DNA from: Microcoleus sp.
GTDB lineage: Bacteria > Cyanobacteriota > Cyanobacteriia > Cyanobacteriales > Microcoleaceae
Length of the DNA stretch: 64,000 nt
Direction of reading: 5' to 3'
NCBI GenBank assembly: GCA_042408215.1
Contig: JAYFMW010000006.1
Location: forward strand, 1-64,000
The notes beneath the pieces were generated by a model. The model had not been told where the DNA came from and made no database searches. It saw nothing but the letters and a program-made list of their open reading frames with translations. Every line of letters begins with the position of its first letter. Position 1 is the first letter of the stretch. Shown here piece after piece: positions 1 through 10,500 of the stretch. The position numbers and the translations under genes are program-made.

Positions 1-14
1 ACTCAAGCGTGCCT

Positions 15-544
15 ATTGGTGTCAACTTAAGCCTAAAACCCATATAAATGTCGCTTTTAGGCAAAGTCTAGATCCCCCTAAATCCCCCTTAAGAAGGGGG
101 ACGAAAGATCCCTTTCCGGTTCCCCCCTTAAGAAGGGGGGCTAGGGCGTGTTTTCAAACTTTCTAATCAAACCCGGAGATCCCCCTAAATCCCCCTTAAG
201 AAGGGGGACGAAAGATCCCTTTCCGGTTCCCCCCTTAAGAAGGGGGGCTAGGGCGTGTTTTCAAACTTTCTAATCAAACCCGGAGATCCCCCTAAATCCC
301 CCTTAAGAAGGGGGACGAAAGATCCCTTTCCGGTTCCCCCCTTAAGAAGGGGGGCTAGGGCGTGTTTTCAAACTTTCTAATCAAACCCGGAGATCCCCCT
401 AAATCCCCCTTAAGAAGGGGGACGAAAGATCCCTTTCCGGTTCCCCCCTTAAGAAGGGGGAGTAGGGGGCAAGAATGCGGGGGGATCTAGATTTAATAGT
501 CAAACAGCAGTCTGTGACTACTTTTGACGTTAAGTTGACACGAA
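15..544. mobile_element. MITE-like element (TIR ATTGGTGTCAACTTAA...TTAAGTTGACAC) containing a tandem array of a 107-bp palindromic unit
   Basis: Units start at 71, 178, 285 and 392 (period 107) with CCCCCTTAAGAAGGGGG palindromes. The same TIR recurs at 9001 and 59255. Confidence 0.75.
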
Positions 545-707
545 GAAGGGCACGCTTGAGTGTCCCTACTGGACATCTGTACTTCACTCAACTGAGAAAT
601 GCTATAGAAGGAAGAAGGAAAAATTTATTTCCGTTGATTTAACCCTCTTCCATAGCTTGCCTCAAACACCAGGTTTCTTGAATAAATCTGGTTGTTTGAT
701 GTTGGGT

Positions 708-1808
708 TTATTTGCATTCTCGATTTGCCAAACTATTGAATCGCATTCTTTCATACACTTGCGAGGGGAGTATTTTATGAATGCTGGTTCGCGTCTTGAT
801 GGTGGCAATTGTTGTGCCTTCTGTCTCTGCTGATGTTGATTTTAACTCTGACCCAGATTGAGGAACTGGTGCAACTAGAATTTTCCAGATACTTTTTATT
901 GACAAAAGATACAAGTTATGGCGCAAAATAGCCATGAATAAATCTTCTTTAAAAGCTCTAATTAGCCCAAATAAGGTACTTCGGTGATTACTAATTCGGT
1001 TGCTTTTGATTGCTAAATAAATGTAAAAATTGCTGTTAGACCAGCGATCAATACTGGCGGGAATCTCAGGATGCCGCGGCCGGACATCTGCCATAATTAA
1101 AGCCTGACATTTTGCCATTGCTGCATAGTTGCAAGACATACTGCTGGGAATCTGTCGGTAGCCAACTAAAAATTCTGGCACTACTTTAAATTGATAATGC
1201 TCGGCGATGCGGAGGTGAAGTTCCCAGTCTTCGCAGCCTTGAGCGTTTTGTGCTTTCATTTTGCTGTTGTAACCGCCGACTTTCTCGAAACAAATGCGGC
1301 GGATCAGAGAGGAACTGACATTTCCTATGAAATATTTATAAACTAAAGCTTTGTATACTTCTCCTTCGATGGTGGAGTTGTAAAATCCACCTGTGAGTAA
1401 GTCTTTTTCGTTGATATCAAGGGACTAGGAATAGACAACTCCTACGGATGGTTCTGATTTAATGAAGCATTCGACTTGTTTTTCGAGGTTTTGCGGATAC
1501 CAAATATCGTCGGCATCGATGGGAGCGATATATTCGCCTCTAGATTTTTCTATTGCGAGGTTGCGCGCGGCGGCTACGCCTGCATTTGATTGCTGCAATA
1601 AGCTGAGTCGGCTATCTTTTTGGGCGAAAGATTTGACGATTTCAGCGGTTTGATCCCAAGAGCCGTCATCAATGACTAAAACTTCTATGTTTTGATAAGT
1701 TTGAGATCGTACAGACTCTAGGGTTTTAGCAATAAAGATTTCAGCGTTGTAAGCAGGTATGATGACTGAAACTAAGGGTTGGTCTAGTTGGTTTTTGGAG
1801 GTGTTCAT
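708..1808 (-). pseudogene. Family 2 glycosyltransferase with an in-frame TAG at 1425-1427
   Basis: ORFs 1425..1808 (VSVIIPAYN, DDGS, DADD) and 708..1259 (GCEDW) are in the same frame. The gap reads VVYS*SLDINEK...GNVSSSLIRRICFEKVGGY. Confidence 0.85.
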
Positions 1809-1894
1809 GCACGCAACTTGTTTCCTAAAAATTGGGCTTGAAAGTTCGGATGCGAGGGAATTCAGCTAACGCTATGTTAGCAAAATGTTAGCAA

Positions 1895-3195
1895 TTGACA
1901 TCCACCCCGCGCTCTCTGCGACGGGGATTCCTAAGACTCACGACTTAGGTTTCTGTTTCATAGCACCAGCCTTAACAGATTTACTCTGTTCGGGTCTTAC
2001 AGTCGCTCCACAGACATTAACCGCAAGCCCTGCGGCCAGAATATTTTTAGCAGCATTTACATCTCTATCGTGATGTGTACCGCACTTAGGACAATCCCAC
2101 TCTCTGATATTTAAAGGCAACTTATCAACGATATGTCCACAATATTCACACCTTTTAGAGCTAGGGAACCATCGGTCAATTTTGACAAAAGTACGACCAT
2201 ACCATTTGCACTTATATTCAAGTTGCCTGACAGTTTCACCCCAAGCAGCATCACTAATCGAGAGAGCGAGTTTTCGGTTTTTGACCAGATTCTTCACCGA
2301 CAAATCCTCGACGGCAATCACTTGGTTTTCACGAACCAATCGAGTTGTCAATTTGTGAAGAAAATCATTGCGTGCATCGCTAATTTCAGCATAAACTTGA
2401 GCGACTTTCAATCTGGCTTTGTGGCGATTATTAGATCCTTTTTTCTTGCGACTAAGCGCTTTTTGAACTTGACGCAACTTACGACACTTTGCTTTGAAAG
2501 TTTTAGGATTAGTAATTTTTTCACCATTACTCAAAGCCATCAAGCTAGTAATACCTAAATCTAGACCAATTTGATTAGGAGATTCAGGCAATGTTGCAAT
2601 CTCAACATCTACTAACAAAGAGACTGTCCACCGTCCAGAGGGCGAGAGCTTCACCGTAATGGTTGATATTTGGGCACCTTCTGGAAGTTCACGGCTCCAT
2701 CGGATTTCCAATGGTTGAGAACATTTTGCTAAATACACTTTGCTATCTTTCCATCTGAAAGCAGCTTTAGTGAATTCAGCATTGCCGCCGTGATGCTTTT
2801 TCTTAAAGTTAGGGTATTTTGCCCGTCCTGCAAAGAAATTAGTGAACGCAGTTTGTAAATGCCTCAATCCTTGTTGTAATGGCACACTGCTAACTTCATT
2901 AAGAAACTGCAAGTCTTCTTGTTTTTTCCAACTGGTTAGCATTGTTGAAGTTTCAGAGTATCCGACTTGCTCTTTTCGTTCATACCATGCCTCAGTCCTT
3001 GCGGCTAATGCACGGTTATAGACTAATCGAGCGCAACCCATCGTTCTCCTAAGCAATATTTCTTGCTCAGGCGTTGGATATAATCGGTACTTAAAAGCTT
3101 TTTGTGTCATGCTTGGATCATATCTGATATTCTGTCAAGTATTTAATTAATATAAAGCCGTCCTAGAAGGACGGGGTTTTAAACCCAATTTCCTG
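1895..3195 (-). mobile_element. IS200/IS605-family (IS1341-type, tnpB-only) element
   Basis: Minus strand: TTAT|CAGGAAATTGGGTTTAAAACCCCGTCCTTCTAGGACGG left end; right end GGAATCCCCGTCGCAGAGAGCGCGGGGTGGATGTCAA. Confidence 0.85.
1938..3110 (-). CDS. tnpB: RNA-guided endonuclease TnpB, canonical RuvC triad
   Basis: KAFKYRLYPT N-terminus, GLDLG, AVEDL, CEYC/CPKC zinc ribbon, HDRDVNAA. Confidence 0.95.
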   Translation of the reverse strand: MTQKAFKYRLYPTPEQEILLRRTMGCARLVYNRALAARTEAWYERKEQVGYSETSTMLTSWKKQEDLQFLNEVSSVPLQQGLRHLQTAFTNFFAGRAKYPNFKKKHHGGNAEFTKAAFRWKDSKVYLAKCSQPLEIRWSRELPEGAQISTITVKLSPSGRWTVSLLVDVEIATLPESPNQIGLDLGITSLMALSNGEKITNPKTFKAKCRKLRQVQKALSRKKKGSNNRHKARLKVAQVYAEISDARNDFLHKLTTRLVRENQVIAVEDLSVKNLVKNRKLALSISDAAWGETVRQLEYKCKWYGRTFVKIDRWFPSSKRCEYCGHIVDKLPLNIREWDCPKCGTHHDRDVNAAKNILAAGLAVNVCGATVRPEQSKSVKAGAMKQKPKS

Positions 3196-3736
3196 ATAAC
3201 TAAAGCTCGATCGCACACCGTCTGCTATTTAAAAATATATATCTTAAGATTGTTGCTAAAACTCACAAAGTGTGATATATAGAGTCGGCAAAGAAACTTG
3301 GTGTCAAAGTCACTTTCCCGATGGAGCCTGTACAAAAGCTGTGGGGGCTAGTCCTGACAGCAACGGGAGCTACTTAGGTGTTCAATGTAATATTTAATAC
3401 TGAATGTAGTGACAATCGAAAATTTATGTTGGATGCCAAGACTGTCAACCAAAAATGCTGGTGAGTATTTTTATCAGGTTTACAAAAACAATGGTATTTT
3501 TAAAGATTCTGTAAAGCTGTTGTATTCATACTTCCATTCTCAGCAAGATCTGGCCTAGGATACTGGTATAGCAAGAGAAAAATCCAGTCAAAAACGTCAG
3601 CGCAAAAATCTAGTTGAATAAAAACAAAGATCGGGTTATAAACAGAAAAGTAGAGCTGATTTTACTTTTGGTAAATTAGCATCTGTAAAATCTCAAAAAT
3701 CCAAGTATTTTTTTTCAGGAAATTTAAACGATTTAG

Positions 3737-4789
3737 GTGATGATTTCTACCGCCGATCCGACTGTATCCGTCATTATCCCGGTTCACAACGGGGGATCGT
3801 ACTTCCGTACTTGTTTGTCAAAACTGGCTGAAGCTGTACCGAGACCGATCGAGATTATTGTAGTAGCAGATGGCGACAGCGACGGTTCCTGGCGTTTGGC
3901 TCAAGAATTTGGCGCTAAATTAATCAGAATTCCTGAATCCGGCGGCCCGGCGCGGGCCAGGAATTTGGGTGCCCAGGCTGCGAAGGGAGATATTCTGTTT
4001 TTCGTGGATGCTGATGTGGCTGTTTGTCCAGAAGCTGTAGGCTACGCGATTTCGGTCTTCAAAAATAATCCGTACTTGGCTGCGGCGATTGGTTCCTACG
4101 ACGATGCTCCTGGAGATCCAGGTTTTCTGTCGCAGTATAGAAATCTGATGCACCACTACGTGCACCAAACAGGTAATGAAGAAGCTTCGACTTTTTGGGG
4201 CGCTTGTGGATTGATGCGCCGGGAAATTTTTTTGCTGATGGGTGGCTTTAATGAAAGTTATCGCCGACCTTCTATAGAAGATATTGAGCTGGGCTACCGT
4301 TTGAAACAAGCCGGTTACAGAATTAGGCTGTGTAAAACATTACAAGTGAAGCACTTAAAGCGGTGGGAAGCGATTTCGTTACTGAGAGCTGATTTTTTCT
4401 ACCGAGCACTTCCTTGGACAGAGTTGATTTGGCGCGATCGCAAATTGAACAATGACCTCAATTTGCAAGTTTCGAGCCGCGTCAGCATAGTTTTAACTTA
4501 TGCAATGCTACTGTCATTTTTGGGTACTTGGTGGTCTCTGGGTGCTCTGATATTGGCTAGCTTGCTGGCTGTACCGCTGGTAGTAATTAATGCTCCGCTT
4601 TACGCCTTTTTTTGGCGGAAACATGGTATGATATTCGCGATCAAAACAATTCCTTGGCACTGGCTTTACTACTTTTACAGCGGACTGGCTTTTGCGATCG
4701 GCACTGCTCGCCATGTGTTGTCCCAAAAAAAGCCCTTGACTGTCAAGGTTAGCTTGTCAGTATCTGCTCAACCGCTCAAGACCAACTGA
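3737..4789 (+). CDS. Family 2 glycosyltransferase with C-terminal TM helices
   Basis: VSVIIPVHN, ARARNLG, FVDAD, IEDIELG motifs. Confidence 0.9.
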   Translation: MMISTADPTVSVIIPVHNGGSYFRTCLSKLAEAVPRPIEIIVVADGDSDGSWRLAQEFGAKLIRIPESGGPARARNLGAQAAKGDILFFVDADVAVCPEAVGYAISVFKNNPYLAAAIGSYDDAPGDPGFLSQYRNLMHHYVHQTGNEEASTFWGACGLMRREIFLLMGGFNESYRRPSIEDIELGYRLKQAGYRIRLCKTLQVKHLKRWEAISLLRADFFYRALPWTELIWRDRKLNNDLNLQVSSRVSIVLTYAMLLSFLGTWWSLGALILASLLAVPLVVINAPLYAFFWRKHGMIFAIKTIPWHWLYYFYSGLAFAIGTARHVLSQKKPLTVKVSLSVSAQPLKTN

Positions 4790-4906
4790 AGAAGGTAAAT
4801 GTTTCAATCGATCGAGAATGTCTCAGGGTATTCACGGGTGCATCCACTAAGTTCACAAGTTATAACAGCATTAGATAGTCAGATCAAAAACTAGAGGTAG
4901 GCAAGC

Positions 4907-6358
4907 GTGAAACATTATCCTGTTGCGATCGTCGGTGCTGGGCCCGCCGGTTTGACCGCAGCTTACGAGCTAGTCAAGCAAGGTATCATCCCTGTGGTAC
5001 TAGAAAAAGGTGATAAAGTTGGGGGAATAGCTCGCACTGAAACCTACAAAGGCTATCGTTTCGACATTGGCGGCCACCGCTTTTATACTAAAGTTGAAGC
5101 CGTGCAGCAGTTGTGGCAAGAGGTACTGGGAAATGAGTTTATTAAAGTGCCACGATTGTCGCGAATTTTTTATCGAGGTAAATTTTTCAACTATCCGATT
5201 AGTGCCTTCAATACTCTCTTTAATTTGGGCATAATTGAGAGTACGCTGATTATTTTGAGTTATCTGAAAGTGAGAATTTGGCCACTTACCGAAGAAAAAA
5301 CTTTTGAACAATGGGTGATCAATCGTTTTGGCGAACGCTTGTATAAAACATTTTTTAAGACTTACACTGAAAAAGTTTGGGGCATTCCTTGTTCGGAAAT
5401 TCAAGCAGATTGGGCGGCGCAGCGGATTAAAGGATTGTCGCTGACGACAGCAATTATTAATGCTTTGTTTGGCAGCAACGACACTAAAACATTAATCAAA
5501 GAGTTTGATTATCCGGCTTTGGGGCCGGGGATGATGTGGGAAAGGTTCGCGGAAGCTGTGGAAAGTAAAGAGGGCAAAGTTTACCTCGATACTAAAGTCA
5601 TTAGCTTGGAGCGTGAAGGAAACAAAATTAAAAGTATTACTGCTGAACATAACGGAGAATTAGTGCAATTTTCGGCGGATAATTTCATTACCAGTATGCC
5701 GATATCGGCGCTGGTAGCAAGACTATACCCGCAGCCGCCACCAGAGGTTTTGCACGCGGCGCGATCGCTCAAATATCGAGATTTTTTGATTGTCTCGCTG
5801 ATTGTCGATCGCCAGGATTTGTTTCCCGACAACTGGATTTACATTCACTCCCCCTCAGTCAAAGTTGGACGAATTCAAAACTTTAAGAATTGGAGCGCCG
5901 CTTTAGTTCCCGATGCCAGCAAAAGTTGTTTAGGAATGGAATATTTCTGTAGCGTAGGCGACGAGATTTGGGAAATGTCGGACGCGGAACTTGTCGAATT
6001 AGCAACTCGCGAGTTGGTTGGTTTGGGTTTAGCAAAATCTGCGGATGTTGAAGATGGAGTTGTGATACGGCAACTCAAAGCTTATCCAGTTTATGATGGC
6101 GAATATCGGGGACATTTGCAGGTACTTGAAGGTTTTTTGAAGGGAATTGAGAATTTGCAGACCATCGGGCGAAACGGTATGCACCGATACAACAATCAAG
6201 ACCATTCCATGCTGACGGGGATGCTGGCTGTGAGAAATATTCTCGGCGAAAAGCACGATTTGTGGGATGTGAATACTGAGCGATCGTACTATGAAGATTT
6301 TTCAGTCGATCGCTCAAAGGAAAAAAGGGATTCGGATTTGATTTCGCAGTCTAGTTGA
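4907..6358 (+). CDS. NAD(P)/FAD-dependent oxidoreductase (protoporphyrinogen oxidase/UDP-galactopyranose mutase-like)
   Basis: GAGPAGL Rossmann motif, FDIGGHRF, GRNGMHRYNNQDHS. Confidence 0.85.
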   Translation: MKHYPVAIVGAGPAGLTAAYELVKQGIIPVVLEKGDKVGGIARTETYKGYRFDIGGHRFYTKVEAVQQLWQEVLGNEFIKVPRLSRIFYRGKFFNYPISAFNTLFNLGIIESTLIILSYLKVRIWPLTEEKTFEQWVINRFGERLYKTFFKTYTEKVWGIPCSEIQADWAAQRIKGLSLTTAIINALFGSNDTKTLIKEFDYPALGPGMMWERFAEAVESKEGKVYLDTKVISLEREGNKIKSITAEHNGELVQFSADNFITSMPISALVARLYPQPPPEVLHAARSLKYRDFLIVSLIVDRQDLFPDNWIYIHSPSVKVGRIQNFKNWSAALVPDASKSCLGMEYFCSVGDEIWEMSDAELVELATRELVGLGLAKSADVEDGVVIRQLKAYPVYDGEYRGHLQVLEGFLKGIENLQTIGRNGMHRYNNQDHSMLTGMLAVRNILGEKHDLWDVNTERSYYEDFSVDRSKEKRDSDLISQSS

Positions 6359-6480
6359 TATTTGGGAACTATTGCAATGAGGCGATCGCTCAACTAAGTA
6401 AGCCCAGCTAAAAAAACAGAATACCCAGAGCCCCGACTTCGCAGAAGTTGTCGGGGCTCTAAGGCTTGCATAAATCAGTA

Positions 6481-6611
6481 ATATCAATTCCGGTTGCACT
6501 CTTGGAGATGATTGTTGATGGTTGACGGTTGACAGTTAACAGTTAACTGTTAACAGTTAACTGTTAACAGTTAACTCAAATTTACTATTCCGATGCTAAC
6601 GGATTTGATAT
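6481..6611. mobile_element. Small MITE-like element with internal AACAGTT/AACTGTT heptamers
   Basis: Imperfect TIR ATATCAATTCCGGTTGCA...TGCTAACGGATTTGATAT; a related copy lies at 10501-10605. Confidence 0.6.
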
Positions 6612-6616
6612 AAGTC

Positions 6617-6640
6617 CTATACAACAAATATTTTGCTCAT
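6617..6640 (-). pseudogene. iscB: iscB 5' stub (MSKIFVV*)
   Basis: ATGAGCAAAATATTTGTTGTATAG directly after GGAGG at the omegaRNA 3' end; resembles the xVFV start of the IscB PLMP domain. Confidence 0.6.
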
Positions 6641-6880
6641 CAAGAGCCTCCGAATAATCGGGTGATTTGTGCCTTGGTAATGTTAAGAGGGCTTTTTAGG
6701 CTAGCAGCACTTTCTGAGGGAGATAAAAATGTTGAACTACTAGCGACAGAGCAAGGATCTGGCAAGTACCCACAGGGTGTCGTGACCTTCTTAACGTAGT
6801 CTGTGGTTAGACTTAACCGGGCTATATCTTTACTGGGAGAGAGCAGGTTGTCCAGTGGTGTCCAGGAGCTCGCGGATAGC
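6641..6880 (-). ncRNA. IscB-associated omegaRNA (HEARO-like)
   Basis: Minus strand has GCTATC...GATATAGCCCGGTTAAGTC, GACTACGTT, GACACC, TGCCAG, GCTCTGTCG, AGTGCT, AACATT, ACCCGATTATTCGGAGG in the order typical of HEARO/omegaRNA. Confidence 0.8.
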
Positions 6881-6934
6881 ATCTAGAGAGACTTTTAAGC
6901 GATCGCTCACTACATATTCTAAATCAGCTTGTAA

Positions 6935-7025
6935 CTCAACCATCCGCGAGCAAACCTCCAACGGGAGCAAATAACGTCTGATTTTCAGGCGGGCAGAGTT
7001 TGTCTAAATCTCGCTCTAATCCCAC
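6935..7025 (-). pseudogene. 5' remnant of a GNAT acetyltransferase toxin
   Basis: GTG overlapping the antitoxin 3' end reads VGLERDLDKLCPPE, then unrelated sequence and a stop. Position matches the DUF1778-GNAT operon layout. Confidence 0.5.
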
Positions 7026-7312
7026 GGAGATTGTGTGTTTAGTAATGCGTTTAGCTTCTTGTTTGGCGTCGGCGGTGCATCGAGCAACGCCAAAAATTGC
7101 TGAAATTTCAGTTCATCTAACCGAAAAAAACAGCCGTCTAGAATCACATCTTGAGTTTTTTGGTAAGCTGATTCAAGCATGAATTCCGATCGGCTCTTTC
7201 CCTGTAATTCAGCGGCGCGATCGATGAGAGCGCGTTGATTCGGCTTAGCTCGAATGTTGATTGTAACATCGCGGGTCTGGCTGACTGACCCGACCGATGC
7301 TGGCGGGTGCAT
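7016..7312 (-). CDS. DUF1778-family RHH antitoxin (TacA/AtaR-like)
   Basis: INIRA...LIDRAAELQGKSRSEFMLESA...F..LLDAPPTPNKKL..LL.T.SPWD. Confidence 0.9.
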   Translation of the reverse strand: MHPPASVGSVSQTRDVTINIRAKPNQRALIDRAAELQGKSRSEFMLESAYQKTQDVILDGCFFRLDELKFQQFLALLDAPPTPNKKLNALLNTQSPWD

Positions 7313-7488
7313 AACAGTATAAGTTATCAGTATGCTCAGTTTAACTTATCGAAACCGCGCCGCGAGCTTGTGGCAGGGGCGTGTGTTTGAGAACAGGCAT
7401 CAATTTTTGAAAGCTTGATGTTATTTCTTGACTTACAGACTGACAGAGTGAAAATATGCGTATACGCAAGCAACAAACCAACCAACCT

Positions 7489-8862
7489 ATGAACTTTTCA
7501 GAGAAATCAGAGGGCAAAAGTGCCACACCCTCAAAAACCAACTCAACACAGCATCTCAACGCCGCAGGGTTGCGGAAATTACTCCTCGCCGCTGGCATAG
7601 CCTCTCTGTGCGCCAGTTGTCAAAGCCCTCAAACACCCACCGCCACAACCCCCGGAAGCACTCCCGGAAGCAGTCCCGCAGCCTCTCCCGCAGCCTCTCC
7701 CGTAGCAGTTAGCAGCCCCGCCGATCCAAACACTGTCAAAATAGTCTCCATGCTCCCGATGACAGGTAGCGCATTGGGTCAAGCTCAAACAATGGTCAAC
7801 GGCATCAAACAAGCCCTCGCCGAAACCGACTCCAAAGCCTGCGACGGCAAAATCAAAATCGAATACGAAGTTCTCGATGACGCCACCGCTGCGGCGGGCA
7901 AATGGGACCCAAGCCAGGTAACATCCAACTCCAACAAAGTCGCCGCCGACGGTTCGGTAGTTGCTGCTATTGGTCACTACAACTCCGGTGCGGCCAAACT
8001 TTCAATTCCCGTGCTCAACCAAGCTAATGTAGTGATGGTAAGTCCGGCCAACACCTATCCGGGCTTGACAAAACCAGGAAAAGGTGAACCCAAAGAACCC
8101 AACGTTTATTACCCTACAGGCACTCGCAATTTCACCCGCGTTGTACCCGCTGACGACCTCCAAGGTGCTGTAGCCGCCAACTGGGCGAAATCTTTAGGAG
8201 TCCAAAAAGTTTACATCCTCGACGACCAAGAACTCTACGGCAAAGGCATTGCTGACATTTTTGAAGCAAGTTCTAAAACTTTGGGAATTGAAGTCCTCGG
8301 CCGCGAGGGAATTGATATCAAAGCCAGTGATTACAAAGCTTTAATGAATAAGATCAAAGCTTTAAATCCAGAAATGATTTACTTTGGTGGCACTACCCAA
8401 AGCAATGCTGGACAAATAATTAAAGACATGAGAAATGTCGGAATGGCCGCTGATGCTGTTAAATTCATGGGGCCGGATGGCATTAAAGAGCAAGCTTTAA
8501 TTGATGCCGGTGGCAAAGATGCCGAAGGCGTTTATGCTACCTTTGGCGGCTTACCTCCTAAAGAATTGACTGGTGAGGGCGCGAAGTGGTACGAAAGCTA
8601 CAAGGCAAAATATAATGCTGAACCAGAAGCTTATGCAGCTTATGCTTTTGAATCTGCTAAAGTGATTATCGGCGCAATTAATAAGGTTTGCAAAAATGAC
8701 CGCGCTGCTATCCGCGATGCTGTTTTGGCAACTAAAGATTTTAACGGCGTACTTGGCACTTGGAGTTTTGACGCTAATGGCGACACTAGCTTGACTACAA
8801 TGTCAGGAAATGTTGTTAAAGATGGCAAGTGGGAGTTTGTGAGCCCGCTCAAGACTGAATAA
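7489..8862 (+). CDS. livK: Branched-chain/neutral amino acid ABC transporter substrate-binding lipoprotein
   Basis: Lipobox LCASC, Pro/Ser linker, IGHYNSG, DDLQG, YAAYAFES. Start may be 7456. Confidence 0.9.
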   Translation: MNFSEKSEGKSATPSKTNSTQHLNAAGLRKLLLAAGIASLCASCQSPQTPTATTPGSTPGSSPAASPAASPVAVSSPADPNTVKIVSMLPMTGSALGQAQTMVNGIKQALAETDSKACDGKIKIEYEVLDDATAAAGKWDPSQVTSNSNKVAADGSVVAAIGHYNSGAAKLSIPVLNQANVVMVSPANTYPGLTKPGKGEPKEPNVYYPTGTRNFTRVVPADDLQGAVAANWAKSLGVQKVYILDDQELYGKGIADIFEASSKTLGIEVLGREGIDIKASDYKALMNKIKALNPEMIYFGGTTQSNAGQIIKDMRNVGMAADAVKFMGPDGIKEQALIDAGGKDAEGVYATFGGLPPKELTGEGAKWYESYKAKYNAEPEAYAAYAFESAKVIIGAINKVCKNDRAAIRDAVLATKDFNGVLGTWSFDANGDTSLTTMSGNVVKDGKWEFVSPLKTE

Positions 8863-8866
8863 TTAG

Positions 8867-9000
8867 TCATTGGTTATTGGTTATTGGTTATTGGTTATTG
8901 GTTATTGGTTATTGGTTATTGGTTATTGGTTATTTCTAATAACCAATGCCCAATGCCCAATGCCCATTGCCCAATGCCCAATGCCCATTGCCCAATGCCC
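8867..9000. repeat. Heptamer STRR tracts (TTATTGG)n and (CCAATGC)n
   Basis: Direct inspection. Confidence 0.9.
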
Positions 9001-9214
9001 ATTGGTGTCAACTTAATGTTAAAAGTAGTAGCGGTCTGCCGTCTAACGATTAGGGTTCGATCCCCCCTAGCCCCCCTTAATAAGGGGGGAACTGGAAGCG
9101 CTCAAAGTCAACCCCTACTCACACCCTACTCCCTTATTAAGGGGGATTGAGGGGGATCGAAACTAAGCTATAAGCGATATTTTTCATTGATATTAGGCTT
9201 AAGTTAACACCAAT
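9001..9214. mobile_element. Single-unit MITE of the ATTGGTGTCAACTTAA family
   Basis: TIRs ATTGGTGTCAACTTAA / TTAAGTTAACACCAAT with an internal CCCCCCTTAATAAGGGGGG palindrome. Confidence 0.75.
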
Positions 9215-9253
9215 TCCCAATTCCCCATTATCAATTACCAATTACCAAAAAAC

Positions 9254-10330
9254 ATGAAAAACTGGAAAATTATTCTCTTATATTTAGGTGTAGTTTATAT
9301 AGTTTTGCTATTAGGACCGATCGCCGGATTTGATTTACCGAAAATTGTTGGAGAAATAGTCCGAAGTCCTGAAGTGCTGATTCAACAATTGTTAGTGGGT
9401 TTGGTTAACGGCGCACTGATTGCAATTATTGCTTTGGGTTACACGATGGTTTATGGCATTATTGAGTTAATCAATTTTGCTCACGGCGATTTGTATATGT
9501 TGGGTGCTTTTGCTTCCCTAACTGTATTCGGGGCTTTTGGCATTCAAGACGGCGCATCTTTAGGTACTGCGATACCGGTGATGTTAGTGGCTTTAATTGT
9601 ATGTTCGGTGTTTTGTGCTGGACTGAATATGGTTGTCGAAAAGTATGCTTATCGACCTTTGCGAAATGCTCCTCGTTTAGCTCCTTTAATTTCGGCGATC
9701 GGGGTTTCTTTTATTTTCCAAAATATGGGATTATTTTGGGGAGGATTGAAAGCTTTTATTCCGGTGATGGGTTCTAATTCGGCGGCTCCGAAAAGTTTTC
9801 CCGATTTGTTACCGCGAGTTGATATTCTCAAAGCTATGGGAATTCAAACGACTATTGTATTTACTACAAAAGATTTAATTGTGTTGGTAGTAGCTGTGGT
9901 ATTGATGGTTTTGCTTCATGTTTTCGTGCAGTACACTCGTCTGGGAAAGGCGATGCGGGCAACGGCTCAAAGCCGCGATGCTGCTAAAATTATGGGGATT
10001 AATGTAGATCAGATTATTGCTCTGACTTTTTTGATTGGTGGGGCTTTGGCTGGTTCGGCGGGAATTTTGGTGGGTTTGTATAACAATACTATTGTGTTTA
10101 CGATGGGGTTTACGGCGGGTTTGAGGGCTTTTACGGCTGCGGTTTTGGGGGGGATTGGTAATATTGTGGGGGCGATGTTAGGAGGGGTTTTGATTGGGGT
10201 GTTGTCGTCTTTGAGCGATCAATATTTGTCGAGTCGCTGGACTAATGCTTGGGTGTTTGGGGTTTTGGTGGTGATTTTGGCTTTTCGCCCAGGGGGTTTG
10301 TTGGGTGAGAATGTTCAGGAGAAGGTTTGA
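9254..10330 (+). CDS. livH: Branched-chain amino acid ABC permease
   Basis: ALGYTMVYGIIELINFAHG, GKAMRA, AFTAAVLGGIG. Confidence 0.93.
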   Translation: MKNWKIILLYLGVVYIVLLLGPIAGFDLPKIVGEIVRSPEVLIQQLLVGLVNGALIAIIALGYTMVYGIIELINFAHGDLYMLGAFASLTVFGAFGIQDGASLGTAIPVMLVALIVCSVFCAGLNMVVEKYAYRPLRNAPRLAPLISAIGVSFIFQNMGLFWGGLKAFIPVMGSNSAAPKSFPDLLPRVDILKAMGIQTTIVFTTKDLIVLVVAVVLMVLLHVFVQYTRLGKAMRATAQSRDAAKIMGINVDQIIALTFLIGGALAGSAGILVGLYNNTIVFTMGFTAGLRAFTAAVLGGIGNIVGAMLGGVLIGVLSSLSDQYLSSRWTNAWVFGVLVVILAFRPGGLLGENVQEKV

Positions 10331-10368
10331 AGGTGTTCTTTTGAAAAAATGGCAAGAGACATTTAAGC

Positions 10369-10475
10369 AGGACTTACGCACTCCGACTAAAGAAACCGGG
10401 TTTTTTACCGAATCTGCGGGCTGCAAGGAAGTATTTTCGTAAAAAAACCCGGTTTCTGGGCTACGTGCGTCCAAG
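10369..10475. repeat. Dispersed palindromic repeat (GGACTTACGCA...GAAACCGGGTTTTT...AAAAAACCCGGTTTC)
   Basis: Related copies near 39590, 51828, 57915 and 60547. Confidence 0.75.
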
Positions 10476-10500
10476 GAGTATGCGCGATCGCCTATTATTT

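Noticed and set aside
71..470. CRISPR array (also 11272, 13363, 54555, 59248)
   Set aside because: Whole units are near-identical with no unique spacers, and no cas genes are present.
6640..6882. 80-aa ORF
   Set aside because: Coincides with the omegaRNA scaffold and has no protein-like features.
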